DNA of 64,000 bases from Candidatus Altimarinota bacterium (GTDB lineage: Bacteria > Patescibacteriota > Gracilibacteria > CAIRYL01), in NCBI GenBank assembly GCA_965250085.1, contig OZ252287.1:512001-576000 (forward strand), in the 5' to 3' direction. Below, in pieces: positions 10,108 through 20,564 of this stretch (its first letter is position 1; every line of letters starts with the position of its first letter). A model generated the notes under the pieces. That model was not told the DNA's origin. It made no database searches and saw nothing but the letters and a program-made list of their open reading frames with translations. The position numbers were made by a program, and so were the translations under genes.

Positions 10108-11484
10108 TTATCCGTTTCGGTTCACAAATCCTTCTGGATCTTTCGGATTGTGTACTGCTGCATGTTTCAGGATCCATGCATTTACTTCAGGATATTTCTC
10201 TTTCAGTTCCTCCACTTGCTCCAGCATCTTCTCCACAAATCCTTCTGGATCTTTCGGATTGTTTACTGCTGCATGTTTCAGGATCCATGCATCTACTTCA
10301 GGATATTTCTCTTTCAGTTCCTCCACTTGCTCCAGCATCTTCTCCACAAATCCTTCTGGATCTTTCGGATTGTGTACTGCTGCATGTTTCAGGATCCCCG
10401 CATCTACTTCAGGATATTTCTCTTTCAGTTCCTCCACTTGCTCCAGCATCTTCTCCACAAATCCTTCTGGATCTTTCGGATTGTGTACTGCTGCATATTT
10501 CAGGATCCATGCATTTACTTCAGGATATTTCTCTTTCAGTTCCTCCACTTGCTCCAGCATCTTCTCCACAAATCCTTCTGGATCTTTCGGATTGTTTACT
10601 GCTGCATGTTTCAGGATCCATGCATCTACTTCAGGATATTTCTCTTTCAGTTCCTCCACTTGCTCCAGCATCTTCTCCACAAATCCTTCTGGATCTTTCG
10701 GATTGTGTACTGCTGCATGTTTCAGGATCCCCGCATCTACTTCAGGATATTTCTCTTTCAGTTCCTCCACTTGCTCCAGCATCTTCTCCACAAATCCTTC
10801 TGGATCTTTCGGATTGTGTACTGCTGCATATTTCAGGATCCATGCATTTACTTCAGGATATTTCTCTTTCAGTTCCTCCACTTGCTCCAGCATCTTCTCC
10901 ACAAATCCTTCTGGATCTTTCGGATTGTTTACTGCTGCATGTTTCAGGATCCATGCATTTACTTCAGGATATTTCTCTTTCAGTTGTTTCATCTTTCCTA
11001 TTGTGAAGGACCGAACATATTTGCCCTGAGGACCGTATCTTTGTGTATGAAGAGCTCCTGTTTGCAAAACTGCCTGTTTGGTTACTTCTGTAACAACAGA
11101 TTCCCAATTGCTTCGTATCTCATGTGCCTCTTCCTCATCTATGTATCCTTTGTTGCTTGCGCGTAAAAAAGCTTTTACCAGAGATCGCAGGGCACTCTGA
11201 ATATGAGCAATTTTTTCCTCTCCGCCAGCCAAACGCAACAAAACATCACGACTATTCAGAAGTTGGTGAACCACTTCTTCTGCTGCATTAATATATTGTT
11301 GATCTAATGAAGAAAATACTCCTTTCGTAAAAACATCCGGCTGACGAAAGTATGCCTGAAACTTTTGGAGCAATACAAAAGAATCTTGTAGACGTATATT
11401 GATGTCATCTTGAGCCTCTTCTTGAGGCTCACATACAGCTGGTGCAGGAAAGGCAAGTGACAATTTTTTTTTAGAATACAACAA
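10108..11484 (-). CDS. Hypothetical protein with about 8 tandem 37-aa repeats
   Basis: Unique ~165-aa N-terminus, then LKEKYPEV[N/D]A[W/G]ILK[H/Y]AAV[N/H]NPKDPEGFVEKMLEQVEE repeats. Confidence 0.8.
   Translation of the reverse strand: MLYSKKKLSLAFPAPAVCEPQEEAQDDINIRLQDSFVLLQKFQAYFRQPDVFTKGVFSSLDQQYINAAEEVVHQLLNSRDVLLRLAGGEEKIAHIQSALRSLVKAFLRASNKGYIDEEEAHEIRSNWESVVTEVTKQAVLQTGALHTQRYGPQGKYVRSFTIGKMKQLKEKYPEVNAWILKHAAVNNPKDPEGFVEKMLEQVEELKEKYPEVNAWILKYAAVHNPKDPEGFVEKMLEQVEELKEKYPEVDAGILKHAAVHNPKDPEGFVEKMLEQVEELKEKYPEVDAWILKHAAVNNPKDPEGFVEKMLEQVEELKEKYPEVNAWILKYAAVHNPKDPEGFVEKMLEQVEELKEKYPEVDAGILKHAAVHNPKDPEGFVEKMLEQVEELKEKYPEVDAWILKHAAVNNPKDPEGFVEKMLEQVEELKEKYPEVNAWILKHAAVHNPKDPEGFVNRNG
10123..10983. 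repeat. Coding tandem repeat, 111-bp unit, about 7.8 copies
   Basis: cacaaatccttctggatc occurs at 10123 and 10234 and continues with the same period; units are nearly identical. Confidence 0.95.
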
Positions 11485-11602
11485 AGAGGTGCTATTTAAT
11501 ACAAAATTCTAGAGAATGTCAAGCAAAATCCCGACATATCTCTATTTTTTGATTTCTACCACATGAAGCCCCTTCATATAAAGAACAATTAAAGAACAAT
11601 GT

Positions 11603-11881
11603 CTATGCCGTAACCACATGCACAAAAATATCTTTATGCCTCTGCCCATTAAATTTCTGTATCCGCTTTTCGGTAAACTTGACCACTCCGTCGGTCAGAG
11701 CAAAGAGAGTATAGTCTTTTCCACATCCGACGTTCTCACCAGAAAAATACTTGCTTCCCCGTTGTCTCAGGATAATATTTCCCGCTCTGACATTCTGTCC
11801 ACCAAACTTTTTGACTCCAAGTCGTTTGGCATTTGAATCTCGACCATTTGCCGTTGAACCTCCCGCTTTCTTGTGCGCCAT
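11603..11881 (-). CDS. rpmA: 50S ribosomal protein L27
   Basis: [29 protein letters not shown]. Confidence 0.98.
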   Translation of the reverse strand: MAHKKAGGSTANGRDSNAKRLGVKKFGGQNVRAGNIILRQRGSKYFSGENVGCGKDYTLFALTDGVVKFTEKRIQKFNGQRHKDIFVHVVTA

Positions 11882-11942
11882 GATTATGAGAAAAAAGCTG
11901 ACGAATTGTATGGATCTGGAGAAAAGAAGTCAAGAAAATATA

Positions 11943-12875
11943 CTAGTCTTCCAGGGCAATGTTGAGAAATATGTTTTCTCCATATACTTCAAATGTAACA
12001 TTGAGAAGAGATTTTTTTTTGCCGCTCCGTGCCGTTCTCAAAAATTCTAGAATCTCAAAAATTTGATCTGAACCCGGTGTTTGAGGAGCAAATATTGTTC
12101 GAAGTATTTCTGATTGGAGAAATATCGGAAAAGCGAAAAATTCTTCCCGAGAAAATTCCTGAGGAATACCATCAGAAGAATGATCCTTCCCAAAGCTTTG
12201 GAGTATTCTTTCTATAACTTCAGAAAGAAATTGGTCAAATGAAGCAAAAAGTTCTGCATTACGAAGAAGAGATTTTTTGAAATGCGGGAATCTTTCTTTG
12301 AGAAGTGGCGAGACCTTGAGTCTCAAAAAATTGCGGTCAAATACTTTGTCATCGGCATTCGTACTGTCTTCATGAAATGATATATTTTGTTTGTGAAGGA
12401 ACTGGAGTACTTCTTTTTTTGAAATGCTCAGAAGTGGCCGAAATATTTTTCGCTCTTCATCCCATTTCTTCATACCTCTGAGCCCTTTTACCCCCGTCCC
12501 TCTCAAAAATTGAAACAAGATTGTTTCCATTTGATCATCGGTATGATGTGCCAGCAAAATTGCTTTGGCATCATGTTTTTTTCGAATAGATTCTAAAAAT
12601 TCATATCGTGCTGTTCGTGCCTTTTCTTCACTTTTTTCAGGATGTTTCCAGGATGCCGTTTCAAATACATATCGCCACTCCTCTGCTTTTTTGCGACAGA
12701 ATCTCTGATCTCTGAGCGACTCTTCCCCGCGAAGCTCATGATTAAAGTGAGCAATTACGATTTTTTTAAATTTTTTCTGAAAAAGTGTTTCTCCCAAAAA
12801 TACTGAATCTGCTCCTCCAGAAAGAGCAAGAATCAAAATATCATTTGGCTCAAATGGTGAAAAATCTACATTCAT
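11943..12875 (-). CDS. tilS: tRNA(Ile)-lysidine synthetase
   Basis: PP-loop LSGGADS plus HFNH.LRG, AR.ARY.F, AHH.DDQ.ET and RN.LR motifs. Probable start 12875. Confidence 0.95.
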   Translation of the reverse strand: MNVDFSPFEPNDILILALSGGADSVFLGETLFQKKFKKIVIAHFNHELRGEESLRDQRFCRKKAEEWRYVFETASWKHPEKSEEKARTARYEFLESIRKKHDAKAILLAHHTDDQMETILFQFLRGTGVKGLRGMKKWDEERKIFRPLLSISKKEVLQFLHKQNISFHEDSTNADDKVFDRNFLRLKVSPLLKERFPHFKKSLLRNAELFASFDQFLSEVIERILQSFGKDHSSDGIPQEFSREEFFAFPIFLQSEILRTIFAPQTPGSDQIFEILEFLRTARSGKKKSLLNVTFEVYGENIFLNIALED

Positions 12876-12885
12876 GCACCCCATT

Positions 12886-12960
12886 AAACCCCCTTTAGTC
12901 CCCCTTTTCAAGGGGGAAAGAAAATAACTCCTCCCTTGGAAAGGGAGATTGGATGGGTTT
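12886..12960. repeat. Paired palindromic CCCCCTT-N-AAGGGGG REP-like element
   Basis: tcccccttttcaaggggga and ctcccttggaaagggag; relatives at about 1998, 2112, 18090, 18145 and 61735. Confidence 0.65.
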
Positions 12961-13064
12961 TTGTTTTCACAACTTGTGATTTAAAATTTTCCTGCCCTGT
13001 CTTCGACTCCGAGGTCGCTCAGACTCGAGGAGAGCTTGTCGAATGGGTAATTCATAATTCTCTT

Positions 13065-14015
13065 CTACACGTATCTCTTTTGTTTGACTTCCTGTTCATG
13101 TATCTCTACAAGCCCTGTATGCCTGAGCCCCCAGAAAAAGAGGGAGACCAAAAGCCCTATCAAAAGCGCAAAAAGTCCAATAAAAGGAAGCAGTGCCAGA
13201 AGAAAGATTACTGCCAAAACAGTATTGAGATCTACTTTTTCATATAGTGTGCTCGCTACGTTTTGGAGCACTCCTTTGACCTGTTTTTCCACTTGTTCAG
13301 AAGTAAGTTTTGGAATAGGAGTGTTTGACGATTGATCTGTTTGCAGATTGAGTTCTTCTTGTATTCGCTGAGTTGTCTCTTGTATACACTCTGTGCTTTC
13401 TCCACAAATATCAGCAACTTTATCTTGTATTTGTTCTTCAGAAAATTCAATTTGAGTGTCATCAAGAGAGATTTTTATAGCTGAGTTTGCAAATGAAGCT
13501 ACTGTGTCTATTCCCGGCAAAGAAGCATCTTCAAGTGCATTGAGCTGCTCTGTAATTTTTTCCTGAACTTTCTCCGTTGGAAGTCCCATATAAATACCAA
13601 ATGCAAGTCCGAGTATCATAAAAAGATAGAATAATTTTATCCCCGGAATTGTTGCTGGAAAAAATGACGTTCGTACCTGATTATCTGCCTTTGCTCGTAC
13701 TGAAAGAAAGAGCACTGAGAATGCAAATCCAAATAAAAGATATGTTGGGAGGAGTATGTCATTATGTCTCAAGAGACCAATAAGTAAAAACAGGAGTGGC
13801 CACACAAAAGCAAAATATCTTTGGCTTGGAATCATCCCCAGAGTAATTGTGAACACCAGTGCAAGCAGAAAAAATACCGGTGCAAATGGTTCCATTCCTT
13901 CCGCCCAAAAAATTGAAACCGCACCTAGTATAATACTCAAAACAGAAAGCGACAAAAGTGCTGCATGCCGCATGGAAAATGGAGATACTTTTTGTGACTC
14001 TTTCTCTTTTGACAT
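13065..14015 (-). CDS. Hypothetical multi-pass membrane protein
   Basis: About 5 N-terminal TM helices, a soluble loop with a Cys pair, and a C-terminal TM segment. Confidence 0.7.
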   Translation of the reverse strand: MSKEKESQKVSPFSMRHAALLSLSVLSIILGAVSIFWAEGMEPFAPVFFLLALVFTITLGMIPSQRYFAFVWPLLFLLIGLLRHNDILLPTYLLFGFAFSVLFLSVRAKADNQVRTSFFPATIPGIKLFYLFMILGLAFGIYMGLPTEKVQEKITEQLNALEDASLPGIDTVASFANSAIKISLDDTQIEFSEEQIQDKVADICGESTECIQETTQRIQEELNLQTDQSSNTPIPKLTSEQVEKQVKGVLQNVASTLYEKVDLNTVLAVIFLLALLPFIGLFALLIGLLVSLFFWGLRHTGLVEIHEQEVKQKRYV

Positions 14016-14147
14016 AATAATTCTGGGAAAAAACCAGCACGTATTGTGCCCATTTCAAATAAGAAAGTAAACTTATTGACAATATGTAAAAAAAGTATAC
14101 TATATTTAATGTATTGTTAATGTATTTTAGTTCTCTTAATATTTTTT

Positions 14148-14546
14148 ATGAACAACTTGTCTGAAGGAGTAGCCAAAAATCCAGCGAATGCCAGTGGCAT
14201 GCCGCCCAATTCCGTCAAAATAGTCTGTGTGCAGGGATTCCAAGAGGACGTAAGAGGTGCTCTCGACAGAAATTCCGCATTTGGGGTAACTCTGAATGGA
14301 AACACAATCTTCTTAAAAAATTCTTTGTGTGCAGAAACAAATGATAATGGGGAGGGGAGTATCCAAGTGTCCCAGAAAAAACTGCCTCTAGGCTCTCACA
14401 AAACTCGCACTCGTCTTGCCGTCACGCTCGTTGTTGGTGCAGATACTATTAGACCATTGGGATACGTGCCCTTCGGTGCAATTGAAGAAATTGTGGAAAC
14501 GAATGATCAAGGTTCTGAAAGAATGTGGAATATCCCGGGCTCTTAA
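14148..14546 (+). CDS. Hypothetical protein
   Basis: 132-aa ORF with an AT-rich upstream region containing TTGACA at 14076. Confidence 0.5.
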   Translation: MNNLSEGVAKNPANASGMPPNSVKIVCVQGFQEDVRGALDRNSAFGVTLNGNTIFLKNSLCAETNDNGEGSIQVSQKKLPLGSHKTRTRLAVTLVVGADTIRPLGYVPFGAIEEIVETNDQGSERMWNIPGS

Positions 14547-14570
14547 GGGTCTTAAGAGGTTGTATGGCAT

Positions 14571-16349
14571 TTATCTCCCATGCTCTCGCTCCATTTGATC
14601 ATATGAAATGTACATCCATACTGGCCTGCCATGGGCACAGGCTTGGCTGGTTTCACATGCTCGAAGATCTACCAGCAATTGTTCCATTTCTGGTAACGTG
14701 AGCTTGTCGCCAAACTTGACAGCACCACGACACGCTGCAAATGTGGCGATCCTCTCCGCAGGAGAAAGTACGGCTTTTGGGTCACTCGAATCATATCCTT
14801 CCAAATCATGAAGCAGATTTTTGAGGTTTTCAGTAAAATCTGTCTTTTCGGTACCGCTGGGTACTGCGAAGAGACTCATTTCATGATTGCTAAATTCTTC
14901 GATTTCAAATCCAAAGCTTTTCAATATCTCTCGATACTCTTCTAAAACTTGTTTTTCTGCCGGAGAAACTTCTATTATTTGAGGGAGTAAAAGTCTTTGT
15001 GATTGAGGTGTTTTTTCTTTTAAATTTTTCATAAGTATTTCATATCGCACTCGCTCATGTGCTGCATGCTGATCAATGATCATAAGCCCCTCTTCTTGCT
15101 CCACAAGGAGAAATGAGTTTCGAATTTGTCCAATGACACGACCATCCTCTATCACATCATTTTTACCTTTTGAAAAAGACGAAGGTTGCACAGAAGCTGG
15201 AGCCGAAGGAGCGCTTCCTAAAGAATTTGGTATTGATTTTGAGAATGAAAATTTTTCTTGTGGAGGGATCTGTTGCAAAGAAGTTTTCAGGAAAGATTTT
15301 TCTGAAGATCGTAGCGTCCACTTCTGTTCTTCATTTCTTTGTGTAACATCTGTTTCTTCTTTGAAGGCACTCTGAATCGCCCCTTTTACCGCTCTAAAAA
15401 CTTCTCGTTCCTGCAAGAACTTCACCTCGCTTTTGCGCGGATGCACGTTGACATCCACGAGATCTGGAGCGATATCGAGAAAAAGAAATACATCTGGATA
15501 AAATCCTTTGGGTACCAAGCTTTCATACGCTTGGCTTATTGCCGCAAAAATCATACGATCAGAAACGGGTCTTTTGTTGACAAATATTTTTTGGTTTTTA
15601 CGATTTCTTCTGTGAATATGCGGGTGAGAAGCATATCCAGAAATACTGAGATCTTTTCCTAAAAATTGAATCGGCGATACATTCTCTACTCCTGTATTGC
15701 CAAAAATATCCTGTATACGTTGAAGAAGTGCTGTATCGCCTTTTCGCACTGGTGTGTCCAGTACCATACGATCATCCAATGTTAATCGAAATCCGATTGA
15801 GGGATGAGCGAGGGCAAGGTCTTGCACGATGTTCGTCACATGTGCACTTTCTGTTTTCTCTGTTTTGAGAAATTTTTTTCGTGCTGGAACGTTATAAAAC
15901 AAGTCCTGAACTATGACTTCAGTTCCATCAGGAGCACCTATATTTGAAACTTCTGCATTGTGAGCAGTGATTTGTATTGCAGAATCCCCTTCTTTTTGCT
16001 TCGTCGTCAGGAGAAGCTTTGAAATTGATGCAATAGATGCCAGTGCTTCTCCTCGAAACCCAAAAGAATGGAGATCAAATAAATCATCCGCTGTAAATAT
16101 TTTGCTCGTGGCATACCGTTTGAGTGCCATGAGCGCATCTTCCTCTGTCATGCCACTCCCATTATCTCTCACACGTATTGACTGCGTGCCTCCTGCAAAA
16201 ATAGCAATGTCAATTTGTGTTGCTTTCGCATCAATTGCATTTTCTATGAGTTCCTTGATCACACTTGCTGGACGTTCTACTACCTCTCCTGCGGCAATTT
16301 GATTTCTGAGTGATTCCGATAAAACACGAATAGACCCCATTTTGGACAT
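14571..16349 (-). CDS. mutL: DNA mismatch repair endonuclease MutL
   Basis: NQIAAGEVVERPASVIKELIENAIDA, GFRGEALASI, DVNVHP.K.EV, DQHAAHER, ACR and CAHGRP motifs. Confidence 0.97.
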   Translation of the reverse strand: MSKMGSIRVLSESLRNQIAAGEVVERPASVIKELIENAIDAKATQIDIAIFAGGTQSIRVRDNGSGMTEEDALMALKRYATSKIFTADDLFDLHSFGFRGEALASIASISKLLLTTKQKEGDSAIQITAHNAEVSNIGAPDGTEVIVQDLFYNVPARKKFLKTEKTESAHVTNIVQDLALAHPSIGFRLTLDDRMVLDTPVRKGDTALLQRIQDIFGNTGVENVSPIQFLGKDLSISGYASHPHIHRRNRKNQKIFVNKRPVSDRMIFAAISQAYESLVPKGFYPDVFLFLDIAPDLVDVNVHPRKSEVKFLQEREVFRAVKGAIQSAFKEETDVTQRNEEQKWTLRSSEKSFLKTSLQQIPPQEKFSFSKSIPNSLGSAPSAPASVQPSSFSKGKNDVIEDGRVIGQIRNSFLLVEQEEGLMIIDQHAAHERVRYEILMKNLKEKTPQSQRLLLPQIIEVSPAEKQVLEEYREILKSFGFEIEEFSNHEMSLFAVPSGTEKTDFTENLKNLLHDLEGYDSSDPKAVLSPAERIATFAACRGAVKFGDKLTLPEMEQLLVDLRACETSQACAHGRPVWMYISYDQMEREHGR

Positions 16350-16469
16350 GAGTAAAGTAAAGAGATTTTGACAGAAGAAAAGAAAAAATAAAAGACAAGA
16401 AATTGCTGAAAAATTGAAAAATCCTGAAAACAGGACTAGACTTCGTCGTGAATATTTCTCAAAAAAAAC

Positions 16470-16988
16470 ATGCAATCGTCACTCCGTCTGCAATATATTT
16501 TTACATTCCTCATAATGCCACTTGTGATTATGGGATGTGTTCATAAAAAAACAGATCTCGCATCTGATGGTGCTCCTCCAGATACACAAATATTAGCAGA
16601 TGATCCTGCTGTAGAGGACATTAAGGAAGGTCAACAAAATCAAAAATATGTGCAAGAAGCTACCAAAATAAGGATGCCTGATCTTTGCAATCAAATCACT
16701 GATGAAGGACTCAAGCAAGACTGTATCAACTCTATAATAGTGGCAGAAGCTGCCAAAAATAATGATCCGGAACTTTGCGACAATATACCTACCAAAGATG
16801 AGGTACAGCGCTGCGTGGATAATATTCTCTTTAACGAAGCAGGAGTGGCCTTGGACGAAAGCGTTTGTGATCAAATCAGCGATAGTGAACAAGGAGAGAT
16901 GTGCAAACAGAATGTTACTGCTATGAAAGAGATGCTCGCAGAAGAAGAAAGAGTTGAAGAAGTGGGAGAAGAAGAAAGTGAATTATAA
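16470..16988 (+). CDS. Putative lipoprotein with three Cys-pair repeats
   Basis: Lipobox-like IMGC; repeats LCNQI...C, LCDNI...C and VCDQI...C. Confidence 0.65.
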   Translation: MQSSLRLQYIFTFLIMPLVIMGCVHKKTDLASDGAPPDTQILADDPAVEDIKEGQQNQKYVQEATKIRMPDLCNQITDEGLKQDCINSIIVAEAAKNNDPELCDNIPTKDEVQRCVDNILFNEAGVALDESVCDQISDSEQGEMCKQNVTAMKEMLAEEERVEEVGEEESEL

Positions 16989-17009
16989 TTTTCTGAAAAT
17001 TTTTTTTAG

Positions 17010-17546
17010 ATGCACCAAGAAGTAGAAGCCAAAGCATGGATATACACCTCTGAAGAAGAGATACGCATTCTGGATTTTTTGAAAAAAAGTGGAAAATACA
17101 AAGGAAGAGTTATTAAAAATGATACTTACTTTGCAAGGCCGGGTTCAGAGGTTTTTGAGTTTCGTCTCCGTGAAAAAAATGGAATATTTTTTGTAAATCA
17201 AAAAAATCACAAGCTCGTGGGCAAGTTGGAGCAAAATGAAGAGCTTGAATTTGAAATATCAGATGGCAAAGCCTTTGAAGAACTCACTCAAAAGCTGGGA
17301 TATGTGGTGTTTCTCAAAAAAGAAAAACGAAATGAAGTGTATGAATTGGGAAAAAACTTTATTGCTGAGCTCGTGGAAGTACCAACTTTAGGAAAATTCC
17401 TCGAGATAGAAATCATCTGTGAATTCAAAGAAGAAATTCCTGAAGCGCGAAAAAAAATTGAAGGCATTTTTGAGAAACTTGATCTTACAAAAAACATTGA
17501 AAAGAAGCAGTATTCGGTACTACTGAAGACTATTAATAAGTCCTAA
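17010..17546 (+). CDS. CYTH-domain protein (class IV adenylate cyclase-like)
   Basis: N-terminal EVEAK, D.YF, FRLR, E.E, K.K.R and G.FLEIE motifs. Confidence 0.85.
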   Translation: MHQEVEAKAWIYTSEEEIRILDFLKKSGKYKGRVIKNDTYFARPGSEVFEFRLREKNGIFFVNQKNHKLVGKLEQNEELEFEISDGKAFEELTQKLGYVVFLKKEKRNEVYELGKNFIAELVEVPTLGKFLEIEIICEFKEEIPEARKKIEGIFEKLDLTKNIEKKQYSVLLKTINKS

Positions 17547-17867
17547 AAGCATCTTTGAAACTTCTTCACATTTACTATAGAAGTATTGGAATTTTTTCTG
17601 AGAGATATGTTTTTCATCTGTAATTATTTCAAATAGGGAAACACACTCATATACTGAACCTCTGGATATGAAATAAAAGTTCCTTTTATCTGGTTTGGAA
17701 AATTTTCCACTCCCTTCAGCAATATTTATAACAATACTAATAGAAGCTCTTTTGAGTTGATCTCTGACGTATGAATCAATGCTTTTATTATCTCTCAAAA
17801 ATCTGAGGATTTCTTTGTTCAGTTCTTTTGCTTTTTTGTATACCTCAAGGTTTTCAAAATCAAACAT
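17520..17867 (-). CDS. Four-helix-bundle protein (23S rRNA IVS/S23-like family)
   Basis: FENLEVYKKA, DQLKRASISI..NIAEG.G, F..ISRGS..E and EVSKMLLGLI motifs. Confidence 0.92.
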   Translation of the reverse strand: MFDFENLEVYKKAKELNKEILRFLRDNKSIDSYVRDQLKRASISIVINIAEGSGKFSKPDKRNFYFISRGSVYECVSLFEIITDEKHISQKKFQYFYSKCEEVSKMLLGLINSLQ

Positions 17868-17980
17868 GGGGAAGTAGTTAGTGTGAGTCGTTTGTAGTTA
17901 GGGAGAAATTTGTGTCTCTTTTATTTTCTACATACTAACCACTAATTACAAACTACTGAAATTTTTATGACAAAAATTTC

Positions 17981-18056
17981 TGGAGCCACCGAGCGGATTC
18001 GAACCGCTGACCTACGCGTTACGAGTGCGTTGCTCTACCAACTGAGCTACGGTGGC
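17981..18056 (-). tRNA. tRNA-Thr(CGT)
   Basis: GCCACCGTAGCTCAGTTGGTAGAGC...CT-CGT-AA...GGTTCGAATCC...GGTGGCTCCA. Confidence 0.96.
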
Positions 18057-18089
18057 GAAACAAGTGAAAAGTAAAAAGTTTTTTTCTGC

Positions 18090-18163
18090 TCCCCCTTGAA
18101 AAGGGGGATACAGGGGGTTTCTTTGTGATTGTAAACCCACCTAGCCTCCCTTTTCAAGGGAGG
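18090..18163. repeat. Paired palindromic CCCCCTT-N-AAGGGGG REP-like element
   Basis: tcccccttgaaaaggggga ... cctcccttttcaagggagg. Confidence 0.65.
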
Positions 18164-18234
18164 AACACGCATTTCTTCTTTGAATTTAATGTTCATATCT
18201 ATAAAATGCACGAACGTACATTTCTTCGTATCTC

Positions 18235-20256
18235 TTGAGCACAAACCAAACCAAACCATTCAAACTCGTTTCAGAATTCGAGCCAACAGGGGATCAGCCC
18301 AAAGCAATTGAAGCCTTGATGAAGGGTTTTAAGAGTGGAAAAAGATATCAGACACTCCTGGGTGCCACCGGAACAGGGAAAACATTTGCCATGGCAAATG
18401 TGGTAGCTCAGTTGAACAGGCCCACAATAGTGCTCTCTCACAACAAAACTTTGGCCGCACAGCTGTGTAATGAATTCAGAAATTTCTTCCCAGAAAATGC
18501 AGTTTCATATTTTGTCTCCTACTATGACTACTATCAACCGGAGGCATATATGCCCAGAACTGATACCTATATCGAGAAAGAATCCACTATCAATGAGGAG
18601 ATTAATAAGTTTCGCCATGCGGCAACACACAATTTGCTGACCAGACGAGACGTGCTCATTGTTGCATCAGTTAGTTGTATCTATGGACTTGGTGATGTAG
18701 AAAGCTATGAGTCACTCGCAATAACACTCGCGGTAGGAGAACAGGTGAAGAGGGATAAGCTTTTGAGGAGGCTTACAGATATTCAATATACCAGGTCTAT
18801 GACGGACTTTAAACAAGGCATGTTTCACGTAATGGGAGACACAGTAGAGATTTTTCCTCCTTCCGCTGATACCGCATTTCGCATTGAGCTCTTTGGTGAT
18901 GAGATTGAACAGATCACCGAAGTGGATTCTTTTACAGGAGAGGTGATGAATACCTTGGAAGAAGTAACTCTTTTTCCGGCAAAGCACAATGTCACGACGA
19001 GAGAAAAAATTGAGCGTGCCGTAAAAGGAATTGCAAAAGATCTCACGATACGAACCAAGGAGCTGAACGATACCGGTCGCCATGTAGAAGCTCAGAGACT
19101 CCAAACCAGAACGGAATATGACATTGAGATGCTGCTCGAAACTGGGTACTGCAATGGTATTGAGAACTATACGAGATATTTTTCTGGTCGTAAAATAGGT
19201 GAGCCACCGGCAACACTTCTCGAGTATTTTCCAGATGATTTCCTTGTGTTTCTGGATGAGTCGCATATCACTGTCCCCCAACTTGGAGCCATGTATGAGG
19301 GGAATCTCTCACGTAAAAAAACGCTTATCGAGCACGGATTTCGACTTCCATCGGCACTGGACAACAGACCTCTCAAATTTGAAGAATTTGAACACTTTGT
19401 ACAACAAGCGGCATTTATATCGGCCACTCCAGGAAAATATGAAAAAAAGCACTGCGAAGGAAAAATGATCGAACAGATCATTCGTCCCACGGGGCTTCTG
19501 GATCCAGAGATTTTTGTCTACCCTTCCAGACCAGAATTTTGGGATCCCAAAATTCATAGTGGCAAAAAGGAGAATGCAATCAATCAGATTGACCTGCTTA
19601 TGGATGCGATGAAAGGACGCATTGAGAATAATCAGCGAGTACTCGTGACAACGGTGACCAAAAAATCTGCTGAAGATCTTTCTAAATATTTTGTGGAAAC
19701 TGGTATTAATGCCAAATATTTACACTCAGACATCGATACTATGGAAAGAATCGAAATCCTCAAAGAGCTTCGCGAAGGAGAGATAGATGTACTGGTAGGG
19801 ATCAATCTCCTCAGAGAAGGACTGGATCTGCCAGAGGTTTCACTTATTGGAGTGCTCGATGCTGACAAGCAAGGATTCCTCCGTTCACGCGATGCTCTTA
19901 TACAAGTCATGGGACGTGCAGCGCGTAATGCAGAAGGAGAGGTCTATCTCTTTGCAGATAGGATGACCCCTGCTATGGAAGAAGCCATTGGAGAAACCGA
20001 GAGAAGAAGAAAAATCCAATCAGCCTACAACACAAAACACGGCATCACCCCTACAACAATCCTCAAAGAGATCAGTAGTATTGGTATGGGCGATACCGGA
20101 GTGAAACACTATGACTCCAAGAAGATTAAAGAATCTGAGCTTCCGCGACTTATTGCGGAATTGGAAATGCAAATGGACATTGCCGTACAAAATCTGGAAT
20201 TTGAAAAAGCCGCAGAACTGCGGGATGAGATTGAGGCGTTGAAGGGATCTTTATAA
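18235..20256 (+). CDS. uvrB: Excinuclease ABC subunit B
   Basis: PTGDQP.AI, LLGATGTGKT, FVSYYDYYQPEAY, DESH and GINLLREGLDLPEV motifs; C-terminal UVR domain. Confidence 0.98.
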   Translation: MSTNQTKPFKLVSEFEPTGDQPKAIEALMKGFKSGKRYQTLLGATGTGKTFAMANVVAQLNRPTIVLSHNKTLAAQLCNEFRNFFPENAVSYFVSYYDYYQPEAYMPRTDTYIEKESTINEEINKFRHAATHNLLTRRDVLIVASVSCIYGLGDVESYESLAITLAVGEQVKRDKLLRRLTDIQYTRSMTDFKQGMFHVMGDTVEIFPPSADTAFRIELFGDEIEQITEVDSFTGEVMNTLEEVTLFPAKHNVTTREKIERAVKGIAKDLTIRTKELNDTGRHVEAQRLQTRTEYDIEMLLETGYCNGIENYTRYFSGRKIGEPPATLLEYFPDDFLVFLDESHITVPQLGAMYEGNLSRKKTLIEHGFRLPSALDNRPLKFEEFEHFVQQAAFISATPGKYEKKHCEGKMIEQIIRPTGLLDPEIFVYPSRPEFWDPKIHSGKKENAINQIDLLMDAMKGRIENNQRVLVTTVTKKSAEDLSKYFVETGINAKYLHSDIDTMERIEILKELREGEIDVLVGINLLREGLDLPEVSLIGVLDADKQGFLRSRDALIQVMGRAARNAEGEVYLFADRMTPAMEEAIGETERRRKIQSAYNTKHGITPTTILKEISSIGMGDTGVKHYDSKKIKESELPRLIAELEMQMDIAVQNLEFEKAAELRDEIEALKGSL

Positions 20257-20564
20257 TATGAATTGATCGTTGGTAGTCCTTACATTTTTGAAGAACACAA
20301 ATTACTTTGTAGGAATTTGATTGATCAAATTCTTTATGAACACGATAAATCGTGTTCCTACGAGATTAGTATTATCTGAAAAAGACTTAGAGTTCGGGGA
20401 TAAGCCTGAATCAAAGGATTTTTAGTGGATAACTTGAATCAAATGCTTCAAGAATACCTACTTGTACCCTATTAAAGCAGGCAGAATAACCTATTTATCT
20501 TCTGTATTATTTTCTAAGTATTATATATTCGGAAAAACACCTTCATATAATTTGACTAAAAATC

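Noticed and set aside
10123-10983. Possible CRISPR array
   Set aside because: The units are contiguous 111-bp coding repeats with no unique spacers, and there are no cas genes in the window.
10148-11166. Three long plus-strand ORFs (293, 338 and 276 aa)
   Set aside because: They are shadow frames kept open by the stop-free tandem repeat. The minus-strand frame has a unique N-terminus and plausible composition.
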